A program made the position numbers and the translations under genes. This document shows, piece by piece, positions 24,293-37,900 of a DNA stretch of 64,000 nucleotides. The notes under the pieces are model-generated. The model ran no database searches and was not told the origin of the DNA. It was given only the letters and a program-made list of their open reading frames with translations. Each line of letters starts with the position of its first letter. Position 1 is the stretch's first letter. Origin of the DNA: Pocillopora damicornis (taxonomy: Eukaryota); the NCBI RefSeq assembly GCF_003704095.1, contig NW_020845583.1, positions 62,001 to 126,000 on the forward strand, written 5' to 3'.

Positions 24293-25103
24293 ATATTTGT
24301 GTAGCTTTAATATTTAAAACTAATTTTCAAGCAAACACCTCTCTAAAAGCGTAAATTGTACATCCTTCACCTAAGCTAGAAGTGAACTCGTTGTCTGTCT
24401 ATCATCGTATGAACCCAAAAGCACCGACGATAGGCAAATTGACAACTGACGTTTGAACGAGAAAAGATTGGGTCGCGAAACAGCCTCTCTAGTCGATCTG
24501 GCCCAGCTTGTTTTAAGGCTGGATAAAACCATTCAACAGTTAAGCGTTTACAAAACAAAGCATGCTATCCACTGGATGGTAATTTAACCAGTAGATAGCG
24601 TTATATCCACCGTTTGAACAACTAAGGCCTGGTGCCCAATCTTTCCTCGACTTAGTCTCTCGCTCCATTCATCAAGAGAAAAGCAGATTCCTAGCAGTCT
24701 ACAGGCGAGGAAATGGAAAAGCTTTGACTGTCAGAAGCAGAGCAAAATATGCAGAGCACTCTGTGGAGAGATATCGAGACTTTCGAAAACTCTCTGCATC
24801 AGCGAGATATTTGCTTTAATAGAGACAACCCCTTTTGAGACAAGTTCATAGTTTACGCATCTTGAAATATTTGCCCTGAAATTTTCAAGTTCATAATCTT
24901 CAATCCGTCTAAATCTTCTCCATCCTAAACAATCCTTATCCCCCCGTTTTTTATTCTTGCCTCTTCTGTACTTTTCAATCTCACCAAACTAATATTTCGT
25001 AATATCTTTCCAGTTTCAGGAATTTTTTCTACATCGCAAAAAGACATCTCAATATCCTGGCATAACTCCCTTGCGCCATGATAAATAGACTTCTCATCTC
25101 ATA

Positions 25104-28100
25104 TCAAACGTTTTCCATTAAAGGAGTTCTCTTTTGTCTTCGTAAGAACAACTTTAAATACTGCGATCCATTTTGAGCAAGCCATGCGTTGATTCGTGTT
25201 TCATTTTTACTATAAACATTCAGAAAAATCCCAAGAAGAACTATGAAACCAGACCAAACGTAGCTGCAAAGATAGACAAGGTAACTACCGTTAGAGGAAT
25301 TACAACGACCAATCACAATAAGAGGAAAAAAAACAACGAATAAGGATTAAAAGTCAGTACACGTGACCGTCGAAAAGCGCGGGAAAACGCGTCTGATCCG
25401 TGTCAAGCGATAGAATCGCATGTGACAAGGTGCGTTTGGTTTGACACACGAAGTTATTCATGAAAAATTGAAAAACCGTGTTTGTCAAGAAATCATAGAG
25501 CTCAGTTAAGGTTTCCTGCCAGCACACTTACTGAATCGTGAATGGTTTTGCGAAGAATATGAAAGATAATACCATCGTCACAGCTTTCCGGCCAGTCGTC
25601 ACTGAAAAAGAACGAATCACCTAGTAAGGATTTATCGCGCACGAGAATTAATTCGGTATTAAATATCCTTAGGTTGTTTTAAAAGATGATTAGCAAGCTA
25701 TTCATTTGATGTTTACCTGTAACAGCGAGAAGAGCACCGAACGCTTTTATAAGAGTTAAGACAAATGTTATTCCTAGATATCCAGAAATTGAGAAGAGGA
25801 ATGATAATCCGTAGGCTTGGAACGGATTCTACAAAATAAATAAATAAATAAAAATATAAAACTCAACAATTAAGTTTTCGTCATTCAACTACCGATACAC
25901 AACCCTGAAAAATCTTTTTTTTTTTTGGTTAATCATTTTGCAAATCGTGCGCTACGTTTTGGCGCTTACCCCTCGCACCATCGAACCAATCAAAATGTAG
26001 CCTACAGAACAGGCATCAAATTTTTTTGCGTTTGACAGTTGAGAGGAGGAACACGCGAGGCGAGACATGCGCGAGATGAGGAGCGCGAAAACGAAATGCG
26101 TTTTTTTTTTTCGCGTTTCTCATCTCGTGCGTGTCTCGTTTCTCGCGTTTGCCTCCGTCCCTCTGAAAAACGCAGAAAGAGGACGAACGTCCTCCTAACT
26201 GAACATGCAGGCCCACCACATCTCCAGATTTTCCATAAAACACAGAGTCTAAAATCAGTAATTGAATATGTGAGACCAAAAGCCACGTTAATAATTCATT
26301 ACTTACTTTCCTCTCACCTGCGCACAAAATTTGAATGCTGGTCCAAGCCCGCCAGAAAATATCAAACCAACGAAAATATAAACAAATCCAATACTGTAAG
26401 AATACAATACCTAAAATAAAAACAAACGAACCGAGCACTTAAGGGTGATGTCCTAAGTATGGAGATTGATCACCACAACCAACTCACACTTTGCTATATG
26501 AACCTTACCCCTTCACCTCCCAGAAGTGATTACCACGTAACTTCTCCCTATAATATCCATATATTATCCACCAAAAGGTAACGAGAATACACAAACTTAT
26601 CAGGTAGAAAGTGTAATCTTTATCAAACATCAATTTCTCATAATTTGTCAGATTTTTGTTACAACCAAATTATCTTGAAAAATGAGTCTTTGCAAATAAA
26701 TGTGTACACTTACCACTTCTGTGTTTGAGCTCTTGTGTGCCTTCATGGCCTTCTCTTGTACATTCCCAATAACAGCATCAGCGCACAGGGCCATTGAGAT
26801 CAAAACTACCCCTAAGAAAAAGAAACTTTTCAAAGCAGGCATCCTCTTTATTTCACTATGAATAACCCAGATAATGACTTGCCTTATAGATAAAGATTGT
26901 TAGAAAGTAATAATAATAGTAATAATAATAATAATTATTATTATTATTATTTATTTTTGGTTGATGACGTGAGAAGTGGTGCCCAATCTTCCGAGCAAAT
27001 GAGATATGGAAACTACAGCTTACCAGTATGGTTGAACTCCGGTTGGACAGTGCTGTCTGCTAAGGTGAAGAGTATTAAGCCAATGCTCATACTCAGGCAA
27101 GCCAGAAAATCAAGGAGTCTGTAGGATTTTCCTACAGACAAAGAAAAACTTTCTAAGCAGTCTTCTTTGAATTGAAGCATTGCCATTTATTCTGAAATGG
27201 AGCCTAATTAAATCATAACTACTGAAAATATTTTTCAGAAAAGTCTTTGTAAAATGATGGCTAAAGCAACTGTCTTATAGTTATGTCTCAATTCCTGGCA
27301 ACATTTTATCAATCACAATTTATTATTACCTTGTATAATAATGCCTCCGATCATCACTGGAATTAACTTACAACATTTAAAAATGACCTGAAATCAATGA
27401 AAATTATCAGGGGCAAATTTAGAAACCTTTGAGCCAATAGTTTCTCAATTTAATAAATTAGAGTTACTTAATCTAGCCCTTTACACCCTAACATCAGTAT
27501 GCATATTCTCCATACTGTTCTCTATACATTTCCTAAGCTGCTGACAAGGAGAATTTGTTTTAATCAACAATTAAGAGCTTCCTTAGTTGGTGATCATTTC
27601 CTTTATTCTTGTAACCTTAATGTGTGATTTGGTGGTGATATTGTAAGGAGAAATCAGATGCTTATCACCCTTAGAGGACAAAGGGTTACTCTGCACTGTT
27701 TCAATAATGCCTGAAATTAGTGGTTTCATCGCAGAGAAATTGGAAATTATCTTGCTTAATGATTCTCAATTTGAAGTGAATTATGTTAACCTTTAACTCC
27801 CAAGATCCGATTGTTAATTCTCTAATCTACCTGCCACACATTTTCTTGTAAATTGGTTAGGAGAATTTGGTATTTGATCAAGATAATATCCTGTACCTGA
27901 TAAGTTTGAGTATTCTCACTGCTTGTTTGCTGGATAATGTAAGGATACTCTGGGGAGAAGTGACAGGTTGATCACTTCTGGGAGTTAAAGGGTTAAGGAG
28001 TTAATAAAATATAGCGACAATGAAACTTAAATTATTTTTATTTTAAAATTCATTATGATTCCTGTACCTGTGTAGGATAATTTAAATAGCTAAGAGATGT

Positions 28101-30175
28101 ATTAGAGAGTCCCATTGTGGCCACCGTCAAGAATGCTAAAAGTGAATATGTCTTCAGAGGAATTCTGCAAACAAGAAGAGGACAAGGATAAATGTTATCA
28201 TACATTTAAGACTCAATATGAAAAATTTGTTGGTTGAGAGCATTCAATCAAATATACAAATTTAGCATCAGAAGTTGAACTGATATGTGGAATAAGTCAA
28301 GTTCAAAGGCTGCCCAGTTTCCAAGCCCTTTGACCATGTAGAGTCCTCAACCTTTCACAAACTCAGAAAGAGGTGTTGTTTTTGATAAAATGAAAAGAAT
28401 TTGTATTTTGCACAACATCATGAATTATCAAACCTTGTGTCCGAGTTTTCTAACCGAGCCTTTGCTTCAACAGATAACCTTGGACCTCAGTTTTGCTAAT
28501 TCATGAAATCAAGCAAAACTGAATTCAATAACTGCTAAATGTTTAGATACCTTCATTTAGTTAAGGCTAAAGGGTAATAACTCCTTATACTTACTTTCTT
28601 GTTTTGTCTTTTTTAAAGCTGGTTTCAAATATTCCAAATATTGAATACCAAGCAAACTGGACAAGAGTGAGATACCAACCAAATGGTTTCATTCCTGTTC
28701 TAAAGATCCATTCCTGTTTAAGAAATAAGAAAACAGTTGGTCTCTAAATTCTAAAGGATCAGAACTCAAGACTGTCAATAAGTTTCAAAATTGAAGGAAA
28801 GTAGTGGAAGGCCAGTTTGCTGTGGACACCATGCTGTTTGTAACATTACAAACAACATGGTATTATACTGATATGTCTCAAGCATTCCACAAAGTGTGCA
28901 TGAACCTTCCAACAATTCTGAAAATGTAGTCAATTCACACATCTAAACCTGTTACTAGTCAAATATGCATTCTATTCTTTTAATCTTGGAAAATAGTGCT
29001 GCTGTGCAAATTTCCTAGATGGTATTTCAATAATTATTGTTTTTATCCTCATTATTTATTTCACTTCATTATATACTGTATAATGAGGTGAAATATGGCA
29101 GACTAACTGGTAGTTTTTACCATGACCACGTCCCAGTCTGGAGGGGGGGAGGGAGAGGGAGGGAACTATGCTCTCATACACAAAATGTGGTCATTTATCT
29201 CCTGATGAGAGCACAGTGGCTCACCTTCATGGTTTTGTGATAAATAAATATTTTTAGAAGTTATAAGGGGCTTATTAGAGAATGAGGCATTTTAGTGAGG
29301 GAGAGGGAGGAGGGGGAAATTGTAAAAAAAGGAAAAGAGGGGTGACAAAGAGGTGACTTGGTAGCAAGAGGCAAGGCGTATCACAAAGTCATAGTTGGTA
29401 TGGGGAGGGGGGGGAGACTCACTAAAGGATTACTAGAAGCTGATTAAAAGATTTGTTTGAGAGTTTTTGGTAAAGCCTCAATTTCCAAATTAGAACTAGA
29501 TAATATCAAAAAGAATAAAAGAGATGGCAAGTTTTGAGCTCGGTAAGAAAATAGAGAAAGATGTTTTTTCGTCTTGTCACGAGCGTAAGAGAGAGAAAAT
29601 ATTCTGAGTCCCCATGAGGAATCGAACCTCAGACCTTCGGATTCCGCGTTCCGATGCTGTAACACTTTGTCCCACGCTCGTGATAAGTAGAAAAAAATCA
29701 TCTCTCTCTACATAAGTTTAGCACCTAATGTCATTCCTCGGAAAGATTTCACTAAAACCCTATCGTGTTCTTAAACAAAGCATTCGTCCCAGAGGTGAAC
29801 TATTGTTTACTGCTCTGTTTTCTTCATTAAAAAAATAAATAAATAAAAATAAAAAAAACTGTATGCATAATAAAATATGGGGTTATACAGACATATTGTC
29901 TCATTTCTTACCTGAACATATCCATATATCAGATAAAATACGAAAACTCCACCACAACAAACAAAGAACTGGGCTGACTTCGGAAGTGAATCTAGAGCGA
30001 TTCCCAGGACAACAAGCTCTTTGCGGCCGTCTGAATTTCCTCCGCTCCCACCATTAGAAATCGATATTATGGAGTGATTGAGCTTCAACTTCTGAGAGTC
30101 AGCCATCAGACTTCTCAAAGTTGGATTATTTCTCGCAAATTTCAACGTCTTTGGACGAAAGTCGTTTCTCGACAT
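25104..30175 (-). CDS. SLC35B3: PAPS transporter 2 (SLC35B3), 10 coding exons
   Basis: Spliced translation: VFVFYLIYGYVQ|EWIF...GWYLTLVQF...TMGLSNTSLSYLNYPTQ|VIFKCCKLIPVMIGG...ALCADAVIGNVQEKAMK...VTTGRKAVTMVLSFIFFAKPFTIQ...GIFLNVYSKN. Alternative start at 30106 (MADSQK). Confidence 0.95.
26041..26163. repeat. GC-rich hairpin/palindromic element in an SLC35B3 intron
   Basis: CGCGAGGCGAGACATGCGCGAGATGAG pairs with CTCATCTCGTGCGTGTCTCGTTTCTCGCG. This explains the spurious overlapping ORFs here. Confidence 0.65.
27786..27996. mobile_element. piggyBac-type non-autonomous MITE (~210 bp); related copies at ~9790-9946, 27474-27688, 40736-40945, ~50068-50283, ~52607-53060, ~58470-58663, 60560-60766
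   Basis: Terminal inverted repeats TTAACC(C)TTTAACTCCCA ... TGGGAGTTAAAGGGTTAA. TTAA target with CCC/GGG termini is the piggyBac signature. Confidence 0.78.
29520..29710. mobile_element. Palindromic element with a tRNA-like core (partial copies ~18960-19050 and ~33700-33855)
   Basis: Inverted arms ~29553-29594 and ~29666-29709 flank a minus-strand B-box GGTTCGATTCC (29618-29628). Confidence 0.6.
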
Positions 30176-31109
30176 CTAGTTTACCTCAGTGTAAAGATCA
30201 CCGGTAACATCTTTCTGTGCTTAGTTCCGATGACAAATTAATTGAAATATATTCTACTGACATTAATCGTAGAAAATCAGACGTTCACGTGGCATTTTTA
30301 TATTAATGCAAGCCTATAGAAATAACAAAAAGTTTCTCTCCCCGTAGTTGATACATCCGCCATATTGAAAAACCGCAAATTCCTGGGAACAAGTTACAAC
30401 AATTTCGAACCCAGGGCTTCACGCTCAGCAAACTTTGAGAGATGATAAAGAGTGAAAAGTTAGGATGATTTAGTTCACTTTCTTTCAATGACGTAAATCT
30501 GCATCTATCCCATATCACCTCGTGATCTCCATAGTGCATAGATGGTCAACTGAGCTATGAATAGATTGCACTGTGCGCGCAGAATATATTTTTCCCTTAC
30601 CTCCTCCCATGACACCCCGCTCGCCTCAGTCCATCCTAGTGTCAAGTCATCTCTTCCCAGAAAACACGTATAGCGCGACTGGGTACAAGTCTACTCTGCG
30701 CGTGTCATTAACAGTCGGCGCGCGCTTATGCTACGTAACAATACAACAACTTACTAAAAAACGAAAACTAACAACAAAGCAGTGATCGAAAGGTTACCGC
30801 GCTTTCTTTGACAAATTGCTCCAGTATCACAAATGATATGATTACACAAGAGCCAAACTTGGGGCCCTAACGAAAGGATTTAAACTGAGAGCACTCCTTA
30901 TATAAAGCCGAACAAAAGGCACATGTACAAGGTAACGCATAAAATGAGGAAAATCAGGCCAAAAAACTGGCTGCAAACGGGTTCTTACAGAATGACACAA
31001 ATTCATTATTTGTAATCATTACGCTTACCAAGCTGTTAAAATTAATGGTATCAGGAAAGAAAAACGTTTCGAACGTGTTATCTGTCCCTTTCAAGAATAA
31101 ATGTATCTT

Positions 31110-31447
31110 CAAGGGCCAGTAAGGAAATAAACACTTTTAAAGTAGCCGTATTTCAAGCTCAGGACTCAAAAAAAGGGAGCAGTTTCAAAAGTTGCAGTGT
31201 ATATATCCCAAGTGTCAGAAAGATTGAAAGCAGTGTTAAAATTATGGTCTAAATATCTCAAGAGTCAGTAAGGAAAGGAAGCAGTGTTAAAGTTGCAGTG
31301 TATATATCCCAAGAAACAGTAAGAAAAGAAGCAGTATTAAAGTTGCCGTGAAGATACCTTAAGAGTCAGTAAGGAAAGCAAGCAGTGTTAAAGTTGCGGT
31401 GTATATATCTCAAGAGTTCGTGAGGAAAAGAAGCAGTGTTAAAGTTG
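31110..31447. repeat. Minisatellite, ~50-51 bp unit, at least 6 diverged copies, running into an assembly gap
   Basis: Unit approximately AAGAGTCAGTAAGGAAAGGAAGCAGTGTTAAAGTTGCAGTGTATATATCCC. Confidence 0.85.
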
Positions 31448-31924
31448 NNNNNNNNNNNNNNNNNNNNNNNNNNNNNNNNNNNNNNNNNNNNNNNNNNNNN
31501 NNNNNNNNNNNNNNNNNNNNNNNNNNNNNNNNNNNNNNNNNNNNNNNTTAAAAAATTATTGTTAAGTGCCATGAAACAAGGAAAGCGCCGACCACATCGG
31601 TAATATTATCTGTAGAACATTTTATTAGGGATTAGTGCTTTCACTTACTCTTTGTCTATGTACAAATTTATTTAAAAAGAGCTTAAGGCTTTTTCCCTAA
31701 CTTGATACACGTCTCATTCTTGGAGCATTTTATATTTCATAACTTCCTCTTCTTGAAGAAGAAGGAAGAAAGTCGTGCGAAGTTGCGTTTTGGTGTTTAG
31801 TGAGATTAGAAACAACAACGACCAAAGCTAAAGACAAAAGAGCGTCGCTGTCTACTTTTCTACCAAAGGACTCAAACTAGAAAGACACGTGTCCGTTGAA
31901 CGACACATGTCTGTCGGACTGGGC

Positions 31925-34900
31925 TCAGAGTTTCAAAGTTGTCGAGGAACCTGTGATCCCGTTGTAGATATATGTATTATCGAAGGGTACAAACTGACGG
32001 GTCACAAGTTTGACAATTTCTTGAGCTGCTGCACCTGATGAAGAAAAAGGAAACGTACAGATACTTAATGACTACTCCTCATTACGATCGATCAAATAGT
32101 TTCGCCCGCGCGCGATTGGTCTAAATGCAGCAACGTGATCGAATACCCCCAGTTAAAACTAGGTGATATCCGAGAATATCACCCAAGCGATATTCACCGA
32201 ACATTTTTTCACGCGCCTTGCAAAATATTTGAGCGTTAATAAACACAATAGCCTCTATTTTGCGCGAAAATATGAATGGATATCTGTCCTTGGACATTAA
32301 CTTTTGGCATCCTGGAACAGAAAATGTTCGCGGACGACTCCCATACGGGCGGCACACAAAATTCAAATCAAAATCCAGAAGGAATTGAACCAACACCAAC
32401 TGAAATTTATGATAATCCTCATTGGCATAAATTAATATCTTGCCGGTACGCACCAGAGGACTGAAGGCGGGTGCGAGGTGCAGGGAGAGTTATGGGATCA
32501 TATTTTTTACTTTGAGGCCGTTGGCAGGGCGAGGAATTCTGCGGTCAGCCTTCGCCGTGTAGAGTTGTTAGGTTTCGTTTCAATCTATTTATTTATTTTA
32601 CTCATCATTTAATTTTTTCTGAAATATTGCCACGTTCACATCAGGTTTTACTAGGAGCTATACTCGTATACTTCTTTATCTATCTGTTATCTACTTGTGT
32701 TTATCATGTTATTCGTAAGATCATAGAATGCCCTAAAACCGCGAGGGTGGCACCACTGCCTTAGTTGGAGGTACACATTCCCCGTTTTTTCCACCTGTTG
32801 GTTTTCAGGGGTTTTCGTGTCCGGCTTTGGTGCATTTAGTTTTTTTTAACAATCATAAGATACTTTCAAAAGCATATCACAGTTGGTGTTAAATAAACGG
32901 TACGGTGGCTTGGCTGACCAACGCGCCAGATATCATCACTTGGATCACTTGGAGAGGCAAAATATTGGCCTTACCTCCTATGAAAGCGGCGACAGAGTGC
33001 AATTCGCTGGCTCCGTATCGACACCTGAAACAAGGCGAAAAGGTTACTTCAAGGCACAAATTCTGCGCTCAATTTTGGGCCGATTGTTGATTCTACTATC
33101 AACGGTTTTCAACTCAACGTTGTTAACGACTGTAATTTGTAGAAGACAAATACCGACAACAAACTTTATTAACCGATCGACGGTTAGTTCGCACACTAAT
33201 CGTGAGTCCGAAATTTAACAAACGCGAGTCTTCGCTTCAAGCAACGTGACGTCACGCAATGCAAAATAAGGCCTTACCACCAAACTTAAAACAATAATAA
33301 AAACTAACCGAGAAGAGTTTTGTTCGTCAAACGGGAATGAGAAGAGAAACATTCCCAAACGGCTCTTTTTAATACAAAAAAATACTGCGAAGTTTTGCTC
33401 AAATAAGGTCAACTCCTTGTACTCACATTTCGTGAACGTATTCCTCCTTTACGTCCGCGTTCACCGACCATTCTTGGAGTAGAGAGCCAAGACAACACTG
33501 AATATAACAGAATTCATTAGAAATGAATCAGTTTAACTGTGCTGGCATCAATAGAAGAAGAAAGTACTTTTCTAATTGTAATACACATACTCATTCATGT
33601 GATATTGACACAATTTAGATAGCTGTGCTATGAGGCAATAATTTTCACTGAAGAAATATATGTAGATTGATATATTGTCCGAATATTCAGAAAATACTCG
33701 TCAACGAAGTTCATATGACACTTGTCCTGCACACTGCTAGGATCAGCAATGTCGATAGCGTAATGTTTGTAGATAGAAATAAGAGAGATGGTAAGTTTTT
33801 GAGCTCGGTAAAGAAATAGAGAAAGGTGTTTTTTTTTTCAGATCTTCGGATCCCGCCGTAGGCTGATAAAATAGCCAATCGAATCAGATTTTCAGGCTAC
33901 GAACTGAATCAACTCCTACCAAACCAACATACCTTTAACTTCACAACATCTGCCTCAACTTGATCTTCAAAATTACCTGAAGAAAAGTTGCCACAAAGTT
34001 ATTATTATATTAGCTCGCTAGCAAACCTGATACAATTTTTCTTTAAATTCCTCGCTAAAAGTGAGATACAAGCCAAATAAAAATAAGCAATAAAATTGAA
34101 AACAGATAATTCAAATTCGGAAAACTGAAATTTGTCTGTTTACCTGGATACCTATGATACTGCGAGTAAAACCTATCCACTGCTTTTAATAAGATATAGA
34201 ACACAACGTCGCTGTCCGGATCTTCAAGGTAACCGGCTGAAAAGGAGGAAAAAAACAATTTAACAGAGAATAATTACGCGTATAGTGTATGAATACGGCG
34301 ATAGAAAGTAGTTCACTCCAATGAAGAGCGCTCGACTGAGTGTTTTAGGGGAGTTAAGTTTCTAAAGAAACCGTGGCGCTGCGTCGGTAGGAGAGTATAG
34401 CAGGTAATTTAGTGTTAACAACTGAGTTGAAAACGTAAATTAGCTACCGTAAAGAGTAAAAAAGCTAACGTTTCGCGCCTTAGCCCTTCATCAGAGTGAG
34501 TGTTTTAAGACCAAAACCAGAGAAATCACAGCCAATCAGAAGAAAGGAAAATATCACATGGAGCCGATGAGATAACAAAGAAAAAAGACGCAAACTGCTT
34601 AAAGCGCGGGAAAATGTGCGAGTCACGGGGTTGCGATTAGTTTTAGTTTTGGATCTGATTGGCTGAAAGGATGGCGCGAGTTTTCTGGACCAATCATAGA
34701 GCGGAGTGGAGTAAAGCGAAAACAATCTCAGATTATTTTTCGATACTCGATGTAAACGTAGGGGTCCTACATTTGAATAGAGAGGGAAGTACACAAACCT
34801 AATTCATTCGCCTTGGCCAATGAAGGTTCACTCTCTTCAGCCAAGGATCTACCCCGAATTAATCTCAAAAATGCCGCATTTTTACCTGAAGGAGAAAACT

Positions 34901-37900
34901 GTGTATTAGACTTAAACAAAAAATCATAAATATCACAAAAACCACTTAAAGTCAAATATCAAATCTTGGGAGAGAGAGAATGTTCACGTTAAAATGAAGA
35001 TAGATATTACATATCCTTTCTGTTCAAAAATCCATCGTTGGTTGATTTCTTTTGCACAGATCTACACTAGCCCAGTTGTTCAAAGGACTGATAGCACTAT
35101 TCAGAGGATAAATCGCTACCGAGCAGATAGGTGCTAAAAAAACTTCCAAATCTTTCAATGATTTTCACTTCAGTTTTCTGGGCTTGAGGGTATCTGGATT
35201 GAAGATTTAAGATAACATTACAAATTACTTCTACTTACAGAAAAGCCTAATTTCCGAATCTGAAATGCTATCTGTTGACTGAAAAATAATCAAGGGGTCA
35301 AGTAGATAAGCAAACAACAACAACAAAAATACAAACAAAACAAACGTGCAATTGTTCTCAGAAGTGCCCAGACTAACAGATCAAAAATCCACAAGTACAC
35401 ATACAGATCTTGCCCTCCATGTAGAGCTAAAACCTTCCCACACAATTCAAGTTTCATTAAAAAAAAAGGAACCTGCTCATGACAAATAAAATCCTCCATG
35501 AACATTTAATAAAAGTAGAAAAGGAAAAAAAATACAAATGAGGGTTAATCCACAGGCATCTCACCTTTCCTACATCGAGTAATATTCTATGCACCCTTTG
35601 AGTTACTACAGCAATATCTTTTCTTGCCTGTTCTTGATATCTTGAAAAATGCAATCATACACAGACCATAATCAACTTCTAATCAACTGCTTGTTTTGGC
35701 TGCCTTGAAAATTAATACACGGTTCATGCACTACAGAATTACTGCTAAATGTATCACTTCTCAAATTAATTAGAGTGAGCACTAAAAAAGAAAAAAAAAT
35801 TGTCATTAATGAGTTGAAATGTTAAAGTAATCTGTTTTGTTTTATGTTAGCCTGGATTTATATAAGCTTTTCTCCCTTTCCCAGTGTATCTGCAGCAAGC
35901 AAGGAAAACATAAAAAGTAAGAGAAATTTTTCCTGATAAAACCAAGACTTTGATAAGCAAGGCATCACACTGGGAAAGAAGGACTGCTCAAACAATGATA
36001 TTTTGTTCCAGTCCAAGAGGACATGTATATATAACATGTGTCTGTATCTTCACCTGATCAAAGGTTACAATAACACTTACATATTCTGAAGCTCAATGTA
36101 TCTTTTAGAATCTGCCGTCATATCTGGGATGGATCCTCTTAATGGAAGAGCACCTTGAGGGAAACATATGTCATTCATCCTTGTTATGTAGTGTTCACAA
36201 TAAGAAATAGCAAAGATGGCTAAATGTAATGAAATGATTGTTTTTTTCATCCAGGCTTCTTCAGGAAGTGAAGGTAACAACATCTGTTTGAGTGAACAAC
36301 TGGATGAAATGCCAAAAAAGAGACCAAAGAAAAAAAGAGAATAAAACCCAAACAATTGAAGAAAGAAAAAATAAATGAAGGAGAAAATAAACAAATGCAC
36401 AGAAGAACCTTAACAAACAGGTGAAGGAGCAATCTATGGCAAAAGAACCGAGGAAGGAATCAAAATGAATAAACAAATATAAGTAGGTATTATAAAACAA
36501 AAACAAAAACAAACTAATAAATAATGAAATGAAGAATCTGAGGTCTGGAAAAAAGAGTATGCAAACAAAATATACATGATGTAGATAGAGCAACAGTTTT
36601 CAAAGCATTTTGAGCAACCAAAAATTACCTGTGCCCTCATTTTCTACAAATTCTTTAACAGCTTTGGCCAAGATCCAAAACGAACTATGCTAAAGGCAGA
36701 GGAAATTATCATTTTAGAATACAGGCTAACAATGGGGGCATTCTGTAGATGTACCAAGCTAGTTTTATTCTATGCTTTATCATTCATGTATACTTACAGA
36801 TTCAGTAAAGTTACAACAAGAATCATCTGCAAATATTTGTGAAACTTCACTAGGTATCTGCAAGAAAAGCGACAAAAAATTTGTAAATGACACAAAGATA
36901 TGAGCAAAGCTTAAGACTTGGAAACTTCACAACAAAGTGAAACTAAGACCACTTGGAATAATCTTCCTTACCCTAGTAGGAACAAGAGCTGTGTTCACAG
37001 CCTTTATTGCCTCATCAAAGTTTTCCTCTTCTTCTGGGATGCCATCTTTGTTGACTAAAATTCCTGATGGAAAAGTAAATTAACAAGGCACTCTTTCTCT
37101 GTTAGAACTATACAAATTTAATACATTAGAGAGGGACATTGCCAGGCCTACGGTGTCATCCTAGGATTCCCTTTAAAGCTCCAAGAAGAAAGTCTGCCTC
37201 TGATGCAGATGTCTAAAATTTGTCCTTGCCAAACAAGGAGCACCAATAATCAGTAGCTCTTCCACAAAAAGACAGTTCAAATGGTCACAGACTAATTACA
37301 GTCTTCAAAGAAAGCATCAGTACATGGTTGGTGCCCTGCCTTGAAAGAGATGGAATTTAAGCTTTAACATAATTTACCAAGCGTCAACTGACTAACCTCC
37401 CCTAATTGTTTGTTTAAACAAGTCTTTTTCCTTGTAATTTTGCGGAGCTCTGCCTTCATGCTGTAGAGAAAATGGATCAAGTTCAGACAGATATAATTGT
37501 AAGTTTAGTGCATATGTAAGGCAGCAGTTGTACCATAACTTACTTACTTTTCCAAAAATTTTGATAAAGAAAGATGGACTAAGGAATCATTCTGTGATGA
37601 ACCCGTGTCCACTTTCACACAATTTGAATAAGCTTTCTAAATGCATCAAGTGAGTTCCAGATAACATATGGGCTTCATGTTGCTGTGCTTCTCTCTCTTA
37701 GTAGTTGTAGATGACGTAAAAAAATGGTAAAAAAAAATGTGGTATAGGAATTTCATAAAAGAAAGGACTCCACTGAATGGATGTTGTTGGTATTAACAAA
37801 GAGTTTTTTTTTTTTAAGAACAAGAATAAAGAGAATTGTCATGATGATGTTATCTATAATAATCCTGGGACATATCACATACGGAATTTTATTGATCAAA

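Noticed and set aside
26002-26438. Three long overlapping ORFs
   Set aside because: Produced by a GC-rich palindrome plus one true SLC35B3 exon.
31110-31447. Regularly spaced repeats as a CRISPR array or coding repeat
   Set aside because: Whole units repeat with no unique spacers, no cas genes, eukaryotic context; 50/51-nt units break the frame.
36077-36640. Hydrophobic F/L-rich minus-strand ORFs as membrane proteins
   Set aside because: T-rich low-complexity NAE1 intron sequence; only the GALPLRGS... exon within them is real.
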